A stretch of DNA of 64,000 bases from positions 1 to 64,000 of the IMG/VR virus record IMGVR_UViG_3300007639_000002. One strand, 5' to 3'. Below are positions 47,982 through 56,000 of this stretch, piece after piece. The first letter of the stretch is position 1, and every line of letters starts with the position of its first letter. Position numbers and translations under genes: made by a program. Below the pieces are notes generated by a model. It saw only the letters and a program-made list of their open reading frames with translations, had not been told where the DNA came from and did not search any database. The stretch is from a virus.

Positions 47982-48050
47982 CTAATAAAGGATGGCATTC
48001 AATGCCTTAGGAGGTGTCATGAATGCCACCCTCTATTAGTTGTCGTCGTT
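47982..48050 (-). ncRNA. Candidate hairpin sRNA displaying anti-Shine-Dalgarno CACCUCCU
   Basis: Own repeat promoter; 20-bp stem with two G-U pairs on - strand; 18-nt loop. Confidence 0.6.
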
Positions 48051-48089
48051 AATCCCAACCTACCACGTGGGTAGGCTGGGTCACGATTC

Positions 48090-48296
48090 CTAGAGGCTGA
48101 TATGCGCTCCTGAGAGCAAGTCTTCAACCTCATTGCGGATGGTGTCGCTGATGCTGTCACTGAAAGATGAGTTATCAGTGAAATCGTATTCATGGAGGAT
48201 GTCGTTAATGCGATCCTCCAAAGCATCTACTACTTGGTTCATTACCTTGTCACTGATTGCATTGACAAGTTGATTAAGCAATTCTTCCATGGTCAT
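48090..48296 (-). CDS. Acidic cassette protein (leadered; also the C-terminal part of a 141-aa fusion)
   Basis: Own promoter at 48354, CA-rich leader, GAAAGG SD; repeat TAG stop. Confidence 0.7.
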   Translation of the reverse strand: MTMEELLNQLVNAISDKVMNQVVDALEDRINDILHEYDFTDNSSFSDSISDTIRNEVEDLLSGAHISL

Positions 48297-48515
48297 GTTG
48301 TTAGTGCCTTTCGTTGTTGTTGATGAGTTCACTTTATCAGGTGGTTGTACTGAGTCACGATTCCTAGACTCCATGGCGATTTGCTCTTCATGATACTCAC
48401 GTAATAACTCTACGGTATAGTTCATGTAGATACCCTTTGCCATGGCATCTTCTACTTCAGTCTTTGCCATTAGTAAATGGAACACTTTAAGTTGTTGTTG
48501 CGTTTCGTTGTTCAT
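48090..48515 (-). CDS. Leaderless cassette protein fused in frame through the 48354 repeat
   Basis: ATG 48515 at +1; repeat read as SRNRDS. Confidence 0.55.
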   Translation of the reverse strand: MNNETQQQLKVFHLLMAKTEVEDAMAKGIYMNYTVELLREYHEEQIAMESRNRDSVQPPDKVNSSTTTKGTNNMTMEELLNQLVNAISDKVMNQVVDALEDRINDILHEYDFTDNSSFSDSISDTIRNEVEDLLSGAHISL

Positions 48516-48554
48516 GTAAGCACCTTATCAGGTGACATTGTTAGGTCACGATTC

Positions 48555-48782
48555 CTAGCGAATCTCTACAACCCTGCCTAAGCAAGTGAGTAAGTTGCCT
48601 ACGCTCGTAGTGGTTTCCCCTGCCGTGGTGGTGATAACTGCATCATCACCCACTACTTCTACAGAGATAACCCTTGTAATGATTGGGCGTGAGACAGGTG
48701 TCCATGATGGAATGACGATAAACTCGCCTTCTATAATTTGGTCAGCCCGTACTGTGAATGCTGGTTGTTGTTTCGTTGTCAT
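48555..48782 (-). CDS. Cassette protein (small beta-rich), leaderless
   Basis: ATG at +1; repeat TAG stop. Confidence 0.75.
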   Translation of the reverse strand: MTTKQQPAFTVRADQIIEGEFIVIPSWTPVSRPIITRVISVEVVGDDAVITTTAGETTTSVGNLLTCLGRVVEIR

Positions 48783-48821
48783 GGTTTCACCTTATCATGT
48801 TGAGTTGGTAGGTCACGAATC

Positions 48822-49133
48822 CTAGTATGACCTGAACACGTAACCATCAAGTTCCCACACGTCACCACCTAGTTCTAGGTCACGTGCGAATGACTCATAG
48901 TCAAAGTATCCAGTTTTGACTGCTTCAGAAAAGATATCGTCTGCCAACTCTTCAGCGTACTCACGTACTGATGTGACTGCTACGTAGGCATCCTCAAATG
49001 CTGATACTTCGCTGTCGTAGTCTTTGGTTATGCCAAGGTTCCAGCAGTAGATGGCAAAGGCTTGCTCGTCTATGTTGTTGTCTTCTGCTACCTGTGCAAT
49101 TTCTGCGTTGCTGTATTTATGTGTTGTTTCCAT
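48822..49133 (-). CDS. ardA: ArdA-like antirestriction (DNA mimic) protein, leaderless
   Basis: Acidic; FEDAY, EYAEEL, YFDYESFARDL and GYVFR match the ArdA C-terminal signature. Confidence 0.78.
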   Translation of the reverse strand: METTHKYSNAEIAQVAEDNNIDEQAFAIYCWNLGITKDYDSEVSAFEDAYVAVTSVREYAEELADDIFSEAVKTGYFDYESFARDLELGGDVWELDGYVFRSY

Positions 49134-49172
49134 ACCTGTACCTTACCCTCTAGTAGTTGTTAGTCACGAATC

Positions 49173-49358
49173 CTAGAACGATGTTCCTACCAGCGCATTA
49201 TCAAATGTGCGATAGATTACAATGCTCCTAGTTTGGTCTATAGATTCCCACATGGATGCCAACCACGTTGGCAGGTGTGCATCATGCAGTGTGCGTATGT
49301 ACGTTTGGGGGTCACCCTCTAGTTGATATTGTACTTCTACTTTTTTCGTTGTTGTCAT
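49173..49358 (-). CDS. Cassette protein, leaderless
   Basis: MTTTKK; repeat TAG stop. Confidence 0.75.
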   Translation of the reverse strand: MTTTKKVEVQYQLEGDPQTYIRTLHDAHLPTWLASMWESIDQTRSIVIYRTFDNALVGTSF

Positions 49359-49397
49359 GGTTTCACCTTAGCATTCTGAGTTAGTGGGTCACGAATC

Positions 49398-49652
49398 CTA
49401 CAACTCAAAAGAATGCAGTATCTTAGACGTTTCGTCTTGTGAATGTTTATTGGATGTCCAAAAGTGAACCTCTGTACGTGTGTAGATACCACCATGGCAC
49501 ACCATGCCTAGGCGATTACGTGCTTCTTTTTCTGCACGTTCTTCATTGTCGTAGTCTGCACCACCTACGTAGTCTTCGTTGTTGTCCCAAAAGTGTACTG
49601 TGTACCCTGAAGCAATATCTTGATTCATGTTGTTGCCTTTCGTTGTTGTCAT
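49398..49652 (-). CDS. Cassette protein (leaderless ATG plus in-frame SD-led ATG at 49628)
   Basis: ATGACAACAACGAAAGGCAACAACATG. Confidence 0.75.
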   Translation of the reverse strand: MTTTKGNNMNQDIASGYTVHFWDNNEDYVGGADYDNEERAEKEARNRLGMVCHGGIYTRTEVHFWTSNKHSQDETSKILHSFEL

Positions 49653-49682
49653 GTAATCAACTTACCACGTGGTGGTGTTAGG

Positions 49683-50048
49683 TCACGAATGCAGTTCCCG
49701 CATTTTGACCAACCCAACCTGATAATTGGCGGTATTGGTCAAGTTAAGCCACCAGCCAGTGACGAATCCATTTTCGTATTCGTCACAGATATGCTCGTTG
49801 TATTCGCCATGCTCGGTGAGAAGATCACCCAGTAGTTCGTTGATGGATTCCCCTGCCCATTCACCTGATAGTGGTGATGGTGGCATGAAATCGTCGGGGA
49901 GATCACACTCGTCATATAGGCGAAGGAACTCTACATATGTTTCCTGCGTAGTGTTACCGTCAAAGATCCATGATGATGCATTCTTGCCAGCAACTAATCC
50001 ACGAATGTATGCATCATATGCATCAGTTGTTTTGGTTGTTGTGTCCAT
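49683..50048 (-). CDS. Acidic cassette protein, leaderless
   Basis: PSPLSGEWAGES; ends at the TGA in the repeat. Confidence 0.75.
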   Translation of the reverse strand: MDTTTKTTDAYDAYIRGLVAGKNASSWIFDGNTTQETYVEFLRLYDECDLPDDFMPPSPLSGEWAGESINELLGDLLTEHGEYNEHICDEYENGFVTGWWLNLTNTANYQVGLVKMRELHS

Positions 50049-50057
50049 GTGAGTACC

Positions 50058-50282
50058 TTACCCTGCCTTGATGTCCAGTGACGAATCCTGCCATACTTCT
50101 TTGTCTTCTTTAAGTTTGTATGCCCATTTGTATGCTGTGTTCATTGCTGTCCACATTTGGCTGTATGGGGAATTGAATGAGTCTTCTTGATGAGCGTGTA
50201 AGTTGTAGCACACTGATTCCAGTGCATCTATCGCATTAAATAGTTCTTCAAGTGTCATGTCTTCGTTGATGTCGTGTTTCAT
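50058..50282 (-). CDS. Cassette protein, leaderless
   Basis: ATG at +1; reads through a CAG repeat variant. Confidence 0.7.
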   Translation of the reverse strand: MKHDINEDMTLEELFNAIDALESVCYNLHAHQEDSFNSPYSQMWTAMNTAYKWAYKLKEDKEVWQDSSLDIKAG

Positions 50283-50321
50283 GTTGTCACCTTATCATTT
50301 TGTTGTTGGTAGTCACGAATC

Positions 50322-50831
50322 CTATCCATACACCACCTCACCAAAGAGAATGAATTGCAGAATGGAGTCTGCTGTGAGAGCGTCGTACCAACCATCAAAG
50401 GCATCATCATCGTTGAAATAGATGGCACGTAAGCATTGCAACGCAGTCTTACCCAGTTGTCCATGGTCAGGTACGTTCTCCTGTGAGAACTCACCTGTGC
50501 CTACCTTGACGATAAAATCTATAACCATTTGCTCGTTGATAGGGTAAGCCTTGCCATAGGTGAACCATTCATCCCAGTCGTTTATTCCTTCTTGAAAACC
50601 ATGTTCTTTGTTGGCATACAGTGGGTGGGTTTTGTCCACCTCTGTTACTTCTTCTTCTACGTAGATGGTTGCGCTACAGTACTGATCAGTGTTACCCAAT
50701 TCGTACTCTCCGTTTGCACTTCCCCATTTGTAGTTCTTGCGAATCGCCCAGTACCCACATCCTAGTTCCAAAGCATCTGTAAGAATTGTGCAGGCTCCGT
50801 ATGTCATTTGTTGTTTATTTGCTGTTGTCAT
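50322..50831 (-). CDS. Acidic cassette protein, leaderless
   Basis: GCGYWA and DALTADSILQFILFGEVVYG motifs; repeat TAG stop. Confidence 0.8.
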   Translation of the reverse strand: MTTANKQQMTYGACTILTDALELGCGYWAIRKNYKWGSANGEYELGNTDQYCSATIYVEEEVTEVDKTHPLYANKEHGFQEGINDWDEWFTYGKAYPINEQMVIDFIVKVGTGEFSQENVPDHGQLGKTALQCLRAIYFNDDDAFDGWYDALTADSILQFILFGEVVYG

Positions 50832-50870
50832 GTCATCAACTTATCAGGTGAGTGTGCTGAGTCACGAATC

Positions 50871-51329
50871 CTACCAACTACTTTGATAGGAGAACTGGTA
50901 CTCTTCGTCAAGAGACAGCGCATTTTTAATGATGGAAATTGAGTACTCTAGGCTCTCAAAGTACCACTCGTCGTACTCAATGTTGCCAAAGAAGAAACCA
51001 CTAGCGGTGGGTAACAGGTCATCGGCAAGGCTATGGTCACCTAGAACCTGTTCGCAGACGTTCATTAACTCCGCAAGTTTCTCACGTGACACGTATGCAT
51101 CTTGGCATTCATCTACGCCATCCTGTACGTTGTCCACGAACCACTGGTGGATGGCGTTGGCTTTACGCCAGTAGCCCACCATGCACCGTACTGTGATAGA
51201 TGGATAGTCAGTGTCTAGTTCAATGTCTAATACTTTCCTGACTGCATGGTACGCTTCATTAACGTCGTCACCGTAGTGTGATGCTGGTGAGAGGTAGCGT
51301 TCTGCTTTGAGGTACTGATCTAATCCCAT
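50871..51329 (-). CDS. Phage protein of MGLDQY...YWRKAN...YQSSW type, leadered
   Basis: Recognisable recurring phage motif set; CA-rich leader with AAAGGA SD. Confidence 0.8.
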   Translation of the reverse strand: MGLDQYLKAERYLSPASHYGDDVNEAYHAVRKVLDIELDTDYPSITVRCMVGYWRKANAIHQWFVDNVQDGVDECQDAYVSREKLAELMNVCEQVLGDHSLADDLLPTASGFFFGNIEYDEWYFESLEYSISIIKNALSLDEEYQFSYQSSW

Positions 51330-51402
51330 GTTGTTATCCTTTTGTTGTTGGTTGTTGTTACTGAAGTTACTTTATCATGTTGTTGTTATGAGTGGCGAAT
51401 CC

Positions 51403-51475
51403 TGTGGAATACACCGATTTCTACGACTAGGGGAAACAACAACGAAACCCTAGGAGCAAACCGATGTACTCCACA
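51403..51475 (-). ncRNA. Candidate hairpin RNA with loop antisense to the cassette (ACA)n starts
   Basis: 18-bp stem with three G-U pairs, inner 6-bp stem, loop UUUCGUUGUUGUUUC. Confidence 0.55.
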
Positions 51476-51479
51476 TGAC

Positions 51480-51674
51480 TCACCACTCATGTTCTTGTAT
51501 AGATAATATCAGCACTAATGCGTTAAACATCAACAATATGCTAAGAAAACCTAAGAGCAAATTACCTGTATTTTCCATACCACCCATGAACCCAATGCTC
51601 AGGATGATAAGAGGCAGAATACAGCGTTTCTTTGTACGTGTCCAGCGATACCAGTTGGTCACCCTGATCCTCAT
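51480..51674 (-). CDS. Two-TM membrane protein
   Basis: Hydrophobic helices; ATGA coupling. Confidence 0.65.
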   Translation of the reverse strand: MRIRVTNWYRWTRTKKRCILPLIILSIGFMGGMENTGNLLLGFLSILLMFNALVLILSIQEHEW

Positions 51675-51919
51675 AACTCTTCCCCGTTTTCGTCAGTGAA
51701 GATCAGGTCAGAGATATCTGTCTGATGACCCCAGCCACATGAAAAATCATCAGTCTTGGCAAGATGTTCAATGTGCTGAACAACATCGTCTAACGTGATG
51801 TCCATGTCTTCATCTATGTCACTATTGAGAGTCCTGATGTCTTTGATTACGTCGTACACGTCATAAGTTATTACTTTTGTAACGTTGATGTACTTGGGTA
51901 GTTCTGTTGTTTCGTTCAT
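51671..51919 (-). CDS. Acidic cassette protein, leaderless
   Basis: ATG 51919 fits the +1 spacing. Confidence 0.75.
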   Translation of the reverse strand: MNETTELPKYINVTKVITYDVYDVIKDIRTLNSDIDEDMDITLDDVVQHIEHLAKTDDFSCGWGHQTDISDLIFTDENGEEL

Positions 51920-51958
51920 ATCCATACCTTATCTTGTTGTTAGTGTTAGTCACGAATC

Positions 51959-52360
51959 CTAGATATTGGCTTCCCAGTCAATATCAGAGTCATAAATGTC
52001 AATGCCAAAACGTGAGTCCCAACGCCATACTTCCTCAAAGGCAACGGTATCTGCACGAACCATTACCCTGCCACGAATGAAACCCTCTTCAGGATTAGTC
52101 TCGTCTGCGTTCCATTGTTTCACGTACTCACCTACACACTCGTACACGTAGCCCTGTAGGGCATCTACGTGCTGTGGGTTATCTAAACACCATGTGTTTT
52201 CTATCACGTCTACGAGCATCCCCATGACCATTAGTTTTGGGTTGCTTTCGCACATATTTATGATGCGATTGAGCATACGCTCTATTTCGCTTGCTGGTAA
52301 TACACCATCCCAGTACGCCATGGTTTCTTGCTCGTAGTACAAGCCTTCACAGCCATCCAT
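51959..52360 (-). CDS. Acidic hypothetical protein
   Basis: TAATG coupling; repeat TAG stop. Confidence 0.7.
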   Translation of the reverse strand: MDGCEGLYYEQETMAYWDGVLPASEIERMLNRIINMCESNPKLMVMGMLVDVIENTWCLDNPQHVDALQGYVYECVGEYVKQWNADETNPEEGFIRGRVMVRADTVAFEEVWRWDSRFGIDIYDSDIDWEANI

Positions 52361-52809
52361 TATGCTTCCAAATCTTCTAGTGGGTACAACACCTTACGTG
52401 CGTACACTTCTTCAATAGCGTCAAGAAGAACCTCATGGTAGTTGCTCCATGCTTTTTCATTGGAAATAGCAAACGCTGAAATAATCTCTAGTGTTTCTTT
52501 ATCAACATCAAAAGCCCATACAACAGAGTCTTTGATATCGGGATCGGGAGTACCCCAATGAACTTCTAATTCTTCACGAATAGAGGCAGGTGAGTAACAA
52601 ACGCTGTTGCTGTAGTTCACGTCACCCCATCCTGTATGGTCACCCATAAACTTCAATGAGATGCCATGCTTACGTGCAATGTTAGATATTTCTTCGTCAG
52701 AAAATGCTTCTAAGGCTGACTCTTCTGATGTAAGGTCATCAGTATCAACGATATAGCAGTTGTCTGCATTAACAATAGTTCCTGATTGTGCGTCAATAAG
52801 TAATTTCAT
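52360..52809 (-). CDS. Acidic cassette protein, leaderless
   Basis: TAAGGT-N6-ATG. Confidence 0.75.
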   Translation of the reverse strand: MKLLIDAQSGTIVNADNCYIVDTDDLTSEESALEAFSDEEISNIARKHGISLKFMGDHTGWGDVNYSNSVCYSPASIREELEVHWGTPDPDIKDSVVWAFDVDKETLEIISAFAISNEKAWSNYHEVLLDAIEEVYARKVLYPLEDLEA

Positions 52810-52825
52810 AGTTGTACCTTAGCCT

Positions 52826-53068
52826 TCAGAGGCTGTTACTCACGAATCCTAGTTTGTCAAGGATAGCGTCACGTACCCATTCAATATCAGGACAAATCTC
52901 ACATACATCGTACTGATTGCATATTTCTGCCCATGCATCTTTGGTAAGTACTTCATAATCATCATCGTCATAAAGGCTTGATGCCCATTCGTATGAGTAG
53001 ATGTCACAACAGATGTCGTCGTCATCTTTTAAGTTTGCGATAATCTCTTTTAAGGTTGATACCTTCAT
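52826..53068 (-). CDS. Acidic hypothetical protein
   Basis: AGAGGA SD; reads through a repeat. Confidence 0.7.
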   Translation of the reverse strand: MKVSTLKEIIANLKDDDDICCDIYSYEWASSLYDDDDYEVLTKDAWAEICNQYDVCEICPDIEWVRDAILDKLGFVSNSL

Positions 53069-53205
53069 GTTGTTTCCTCTATTAGTTTTTCTAGTTTGTT
53101 AATGAGTTCTAGCATTTCATCTGTCAATGGACTGCACCACGTTGTCTTAACGTTACGTAGTTCTGTCAATAGCAGGTGTAAGCCAAAATCTAATTGCTGT
53201 GTCAT
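53065..53205 (-). CDS. Cassette protein (46 aa)
   Basis: Hand-translated MTQQLDFGLHLLLTELRNVK...; short AGAGG leader from promoter 53247. Confidence 0.6.
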   Translation of the reverse strand: MTQQLDFGLHLLLTELRNVKTTWCSPLTDEMLELINKLEKLIEETT

Positions 53206-53483
53206 TGTGTTACCTCTACATTCACTATATTATGAACAGAGCCTGAGTCACGAATCCTAGAGAACGTGCTACCTTTTGTCGGGTCTGTGCGGATGAAATA
53301 GAATGAGTCTGCCCACTGATGGATATCGTCGGCAATGTCTTCATTCATGGCGACTACCTGCCCATGCTCATGGTCAATATAGACTGCCAGTTCACCGTCT
53401 TCTGTTATATACAATCCGATATACCAATCGCCCATCATTATCTGTGCGGAGTTATCGGTTTGCTCAATGTAGTTGTTACTCAT
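53202..53483 (-). CDS. Hypothetical protein
   Basis: ATGA coupling; reads through repeat 53247. Confidence 0.65.
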   Translation of the reverse strand: MSNNYIEQTDNSAQIMMGDWYIGLYITEDGELAVYIDHEHGQVVAMNEDIADDIHQWADSFYFIRTDPTKGSTFSRIRDSGSVHNIVNVEVTQ

Positions 53484-53725
53484 AAACAGAACCCATTACA
53501 ACGTGGGAATCCGCAGGCTGGGCAGTAAGACTCTTCTTCTTCTTCTTCTTCGTCTTTTGTGATGCCAAAGATGGTATAACCAGCCTCAACCAAAAGGTCA
53601 GCAACTAGGTCTAATGACTCACCATCGGTGTACTCGTACTCTAGGTCTTTGGGATTAGAACCTTCAACACGCTTTTCTAAGATGTTGATGATTTCTTGAA
53701 TGAGTTCGTCGTTTGCTGTTGTCAT
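53480..53725 (-). CDS. Acidic cassette protein with C-terminal Cys cluster, leaderless
   Basis: MTTAN; CPACGFPRCNGFC. Confidence 0.75.
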   Translation of the reverse strand: MTTANDELIQEIINILEKRVEGSNPKDLEYEYTDGESLDLVADLLVEAGYTIFGITKDEEEEEEESYCPACGFPRCNGFCL

Positions 53726-53734
53726 ATCATCAAC

Positions 53735-54016
53735 TTACCATACTGGTGGTGCTAGGTCAGGATTCCTGAGAGAAGAGGTATTTGGGATTACGTCACAGTT
53801 CATTAAATAAATGGCGTTGCTGAGTAGTGATGAAAGTTCATCTTCATTGTCAATGTACTCCCCGTCACCAAGATAAGCAACAGACCATTCATGTGTGTCG
53901 TTGTGCTGTACTGTGCCGTCAGAGAAATGCTCTTCCTCAGCGTTAGTATCCCATTCCCACTTGTTGGTGGATGAATCGTATGAGACTATGAAATAGTGTG
54001 TATGGTTTCCGTTCAT
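53735..54016 (-). CDS. Acidic hypothetical protein
   Basis: Start re-assigned to the SD-led ATG 54016. Confidence 0.65.
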   Translation of the reverse strand: MNGNHTHYFIVSYDSSTNKWEWDTNAEEEHFSDGTVQHNDTHEWSVAYLGDGEYIDNEDELSSLLSNAIYLMNCDVIPNTSSLRNPDLAPPVW

Positions 54017-54174
54017 TGTGTTACTTCCTCTATGTCTGTTGTGTTCCATGTTTCTTGCTCGTCTACACACCATGACTCGTTGCTGTCAAAGAGTTGTTTA
54101 GCCTGTTCAATGCTGTCGGCATCTACTTCGTGGCGGTAGTGAGTTACTTTTTCGTATGTGAGTGTGTACTTCAT
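54013..54174 (-). CDS. Small acidic protein (EVDADSIEQA type)
   Basis: Start re-assigned to ATG 54174; similar to neighbour 54171-54365. Confidence 0.6.
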   Translation of the reverse strand: MKYTLTYEKVTHYRHEVDADSIEQAKQLFDSNESWCVDEQETWNTTDIEEVTQ

Positions 54175-54365
54175 GCTGGTTCTTCCTCTTCTACATCTTC
54201 TACATCCCATGGAGTGTTCCACTCACGAAAGCCCCACATATCTTTTGACTCTAAATCGTCATCTGTGAACTTATCGTAAGCCTCTAGCGCACCCTCTTCT
54301 GAGTCTGCTTTAATTTCGTAGCAGTGGCTAATTACTTCATCTACACGTACTAAATAAGTTTTCAT
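54171..54365 (-). CDS. Small acidic protein (EIKADSEEGA type)
   Basis: GAAAGGA SD after CA-rich leader. Confidence 0.7.
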   Translation of the reverse strand: MKTYLVRVDEVISHCYEIKADSEEGALEAYDKFTDDDLESKDMWGFREWNTPWDVEDVEEEEPA

Positions 54366-54425
54366 GTTGTTCCTTTCGTTGTCGTTATTTACAACTTACC
54401 ATTAGAAGTGTGTTGGTCACGAATC

Positions 54426-54845
54426 CTACGTAGCGTCACTCATGACGAATGCCGATACACAAGCCTGCTCGTACTCTTCTGCATTGCGTACCCCATAGAA
54501 GAAATGGTCACCAGCACCTGTAGTAATCTCTGCCCACGTCATCAGTGAGTCTGTTGTGATGTCTCCATTGTCTAGGATCACTGTTCCCCACATAGCGTCG
54601 GCAACAGACATGACGTACTCTTTAATGTTTTCAGCCATATCAAAATGATCTACGTAGTCAATACGCCACCTGCCTTCACAGGGGAACCCACTCTCTAGGT
54701 CTACTGGCTCATTCTCATTGGCAGGTATAAACCCCACAAGTGTAATGTCATCTACATTCTCCACCAGCATTGCTAGGCGGTCATACTTTTGGTTAGAGTC
54801 CGATGGCACTACGCACCTCTTCTTCGCAGGCTTCACGTGCTTCAA
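54426..54845 (-). CDS. Acidic hypothetical protein (start uncertain, possibly 54770)
   Basis: Repeat TAG stop. Confidence 0.6.
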   Translation of the reverse strand: MKHVKPAKKRCVVPSDSNQKYDRLAMLVENVDDITLVGFIPANENEPVDLESGFPCEGRWRIDYVDHFDMAENIKEYVMSVADAMWGTVILDNGDITTDSLMTWAEITTGAGDHFFYGVRNAEEYEQACVSAFVMSDAT

Positions 54846-55392
54846 TGTATGCGTTGTCTACACGCTCCCACATGGTGTCCATGTCAGTATCCTCAAAACT
54901 ACCCTCTACCGTGATGTTCTCTGTGAACGAAGAATGCCATTGACCGTCATGGTATGAACTAGCACCTGCAAAGCCCATGCCCTGCTCGTCATAAGACAAA
55001 ACAAACTTAAAGTTTGGATACAACGTAGAGATATGCTCAAAAGCCTTTTCGGGTGGTGCCCATGCTGAGTTGAAGTAAAACGAACGGTAGCCGATGTCTT
55101 CGCCACCCATCTCAGTATCGTAATCACCCCACTTGGTTCCCCAGTTGTCACAACACCAGTCGTACCAATCCTTGTGACCGTACTTGGCGATGTTCGCCTC
55201 TTGTTGTATGCGATGCTCTTCTGCTTTATCTGCACCCATGAAGCCTGCCACTGTCTCGTATAGTTCTGTAGGGCAAGGGTAAAGAGAACGTATGATCTTT
55301 ATACGCCCGTCTACTGTGATGTCTTCTACAAACTTCTGTAGTGCTAATTCGTTACCCCATACGTAGAGGTTATTACTGCAATCGTTAGGCAT
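54793..55392 (-). CDS. DUF1281/YubB ferredoxin-like domain protein
   Basis: MPNxCxN, WYDWC.DNWGTKW, F.SAWAPP and YDEQGMGFAG motifs. Confidence 0.75.
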   Translation of the reverse strand: MPNDCSNNLYVWGNELALQKFVEDITVDGRIKIIRSLYPCPTELYETVAGFMGADKAEEHRIQQEANIAKYGHKDWYDWCCDNWGTKWGDYDTEMGGEDIGYRSFYFNSAWAPPEKAFEHISTLYPNFKFVLSYDEQGMGFAGASSYHDGQWHSSFTENITVEGSFEDTDMDTMWERVDNAYIEAREACEEEVRSAIGL

Positions 55393-55726
55393 TTACTTTC
55401 CAATCTTCTATGATGCGGTTATTTTTCATGTCTTTTACAAGTAGGCGTACCCACTCAGACGTATTTGCAAATCCAACTTCTTCGCCGTCGTCGTACTCAA
55501 CTGGGTACACGGTGACCATGATGTTTTCATCACCGAACTCATCGTTATAGTCCCATGCAAAAGTGTTGAAATCAAAAGCCAAATCCCCGATGATGATAGA
55601 TTCCCATGCATCTTCGTCGCCAGTGAACTTACGGCGAGAACGGTGATTCTTCTTAAGTATCTTGTAAGCGTGTTTCATTAACGCTTTTTTATTTTGTTTA
55701 ATGTCTTGAAGAGTTGATGTTTTCAT
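55385..55726 (-). CDS. Cassette protein, leaderless
   Basis: ATG at +1 of repeat 55756. Confidence 0.75.
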   Translation of the reverse strand: MKTSTLQDIKQNKKALMKHAYKILKKNHRSRRKFTGDEDAWESIIIGDLAFDFNTFAWDYNDEFGDENIMVTVYPVEYDDGEEVGFANTSEWVRLLVKDMKNNRIIEDWKVNA

Positions 55727-55765
55727 ATATGCACCTTATCATTGAGAGTGGTTGAGTCACGAATC

Positions 55766-55972
55766 CTATTGCTGTTCAATAAGAAAAGATGGGCGTTCAA
55801 TAGTTGAGTGAGTACCCTCTACGACTGTGATGCCGTAGTGAACTTCACCCCAACCTAAAATGTCTGTAGGGTCATTGCCTAACAATGCTTCGTACACAAG
55901 GTCTTGTGCCTGCATTTCGTTCTTGGCTTTGACAAAGTATGTTCCTGTTGCTGTTACTGTGTAGTAGTTCAT
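55766..55972 (-). CDS. Cassette protein, leaderless
   Basis: ATG at +1 of repeat 56002; repeat TAG stop. Confidence 0.75.
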   Translation of the reverse strand: MNYYTVTATGTYFVKAKNEMQAQDLVYEALLGNDPTDILGWGEVHYGITVVEGTHSTIERPSFLIEQQ

Positions 55973-56000
55973 ACCGCCACTTTAACTCACGTGATGGCTG

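Noticed and set aside
49759-49770. Internal repeat-like GTGACGAATCCA
   Set aside because: Within a coding region, with no TAG and no -10 box at the fixed spacing; chance or relic
45164-51329. TAG recoding or polyprotein read-through, since TAG and the next ATG are 39 nt apart and in frame
   Set aside because: An in-frame TGA in the repeat and a TAA/TAG in the -10 box usually follow, and TAG terminates conserved genes (capsid, portal-region genes aside, e.g. helicase and protease) at plausible lengths
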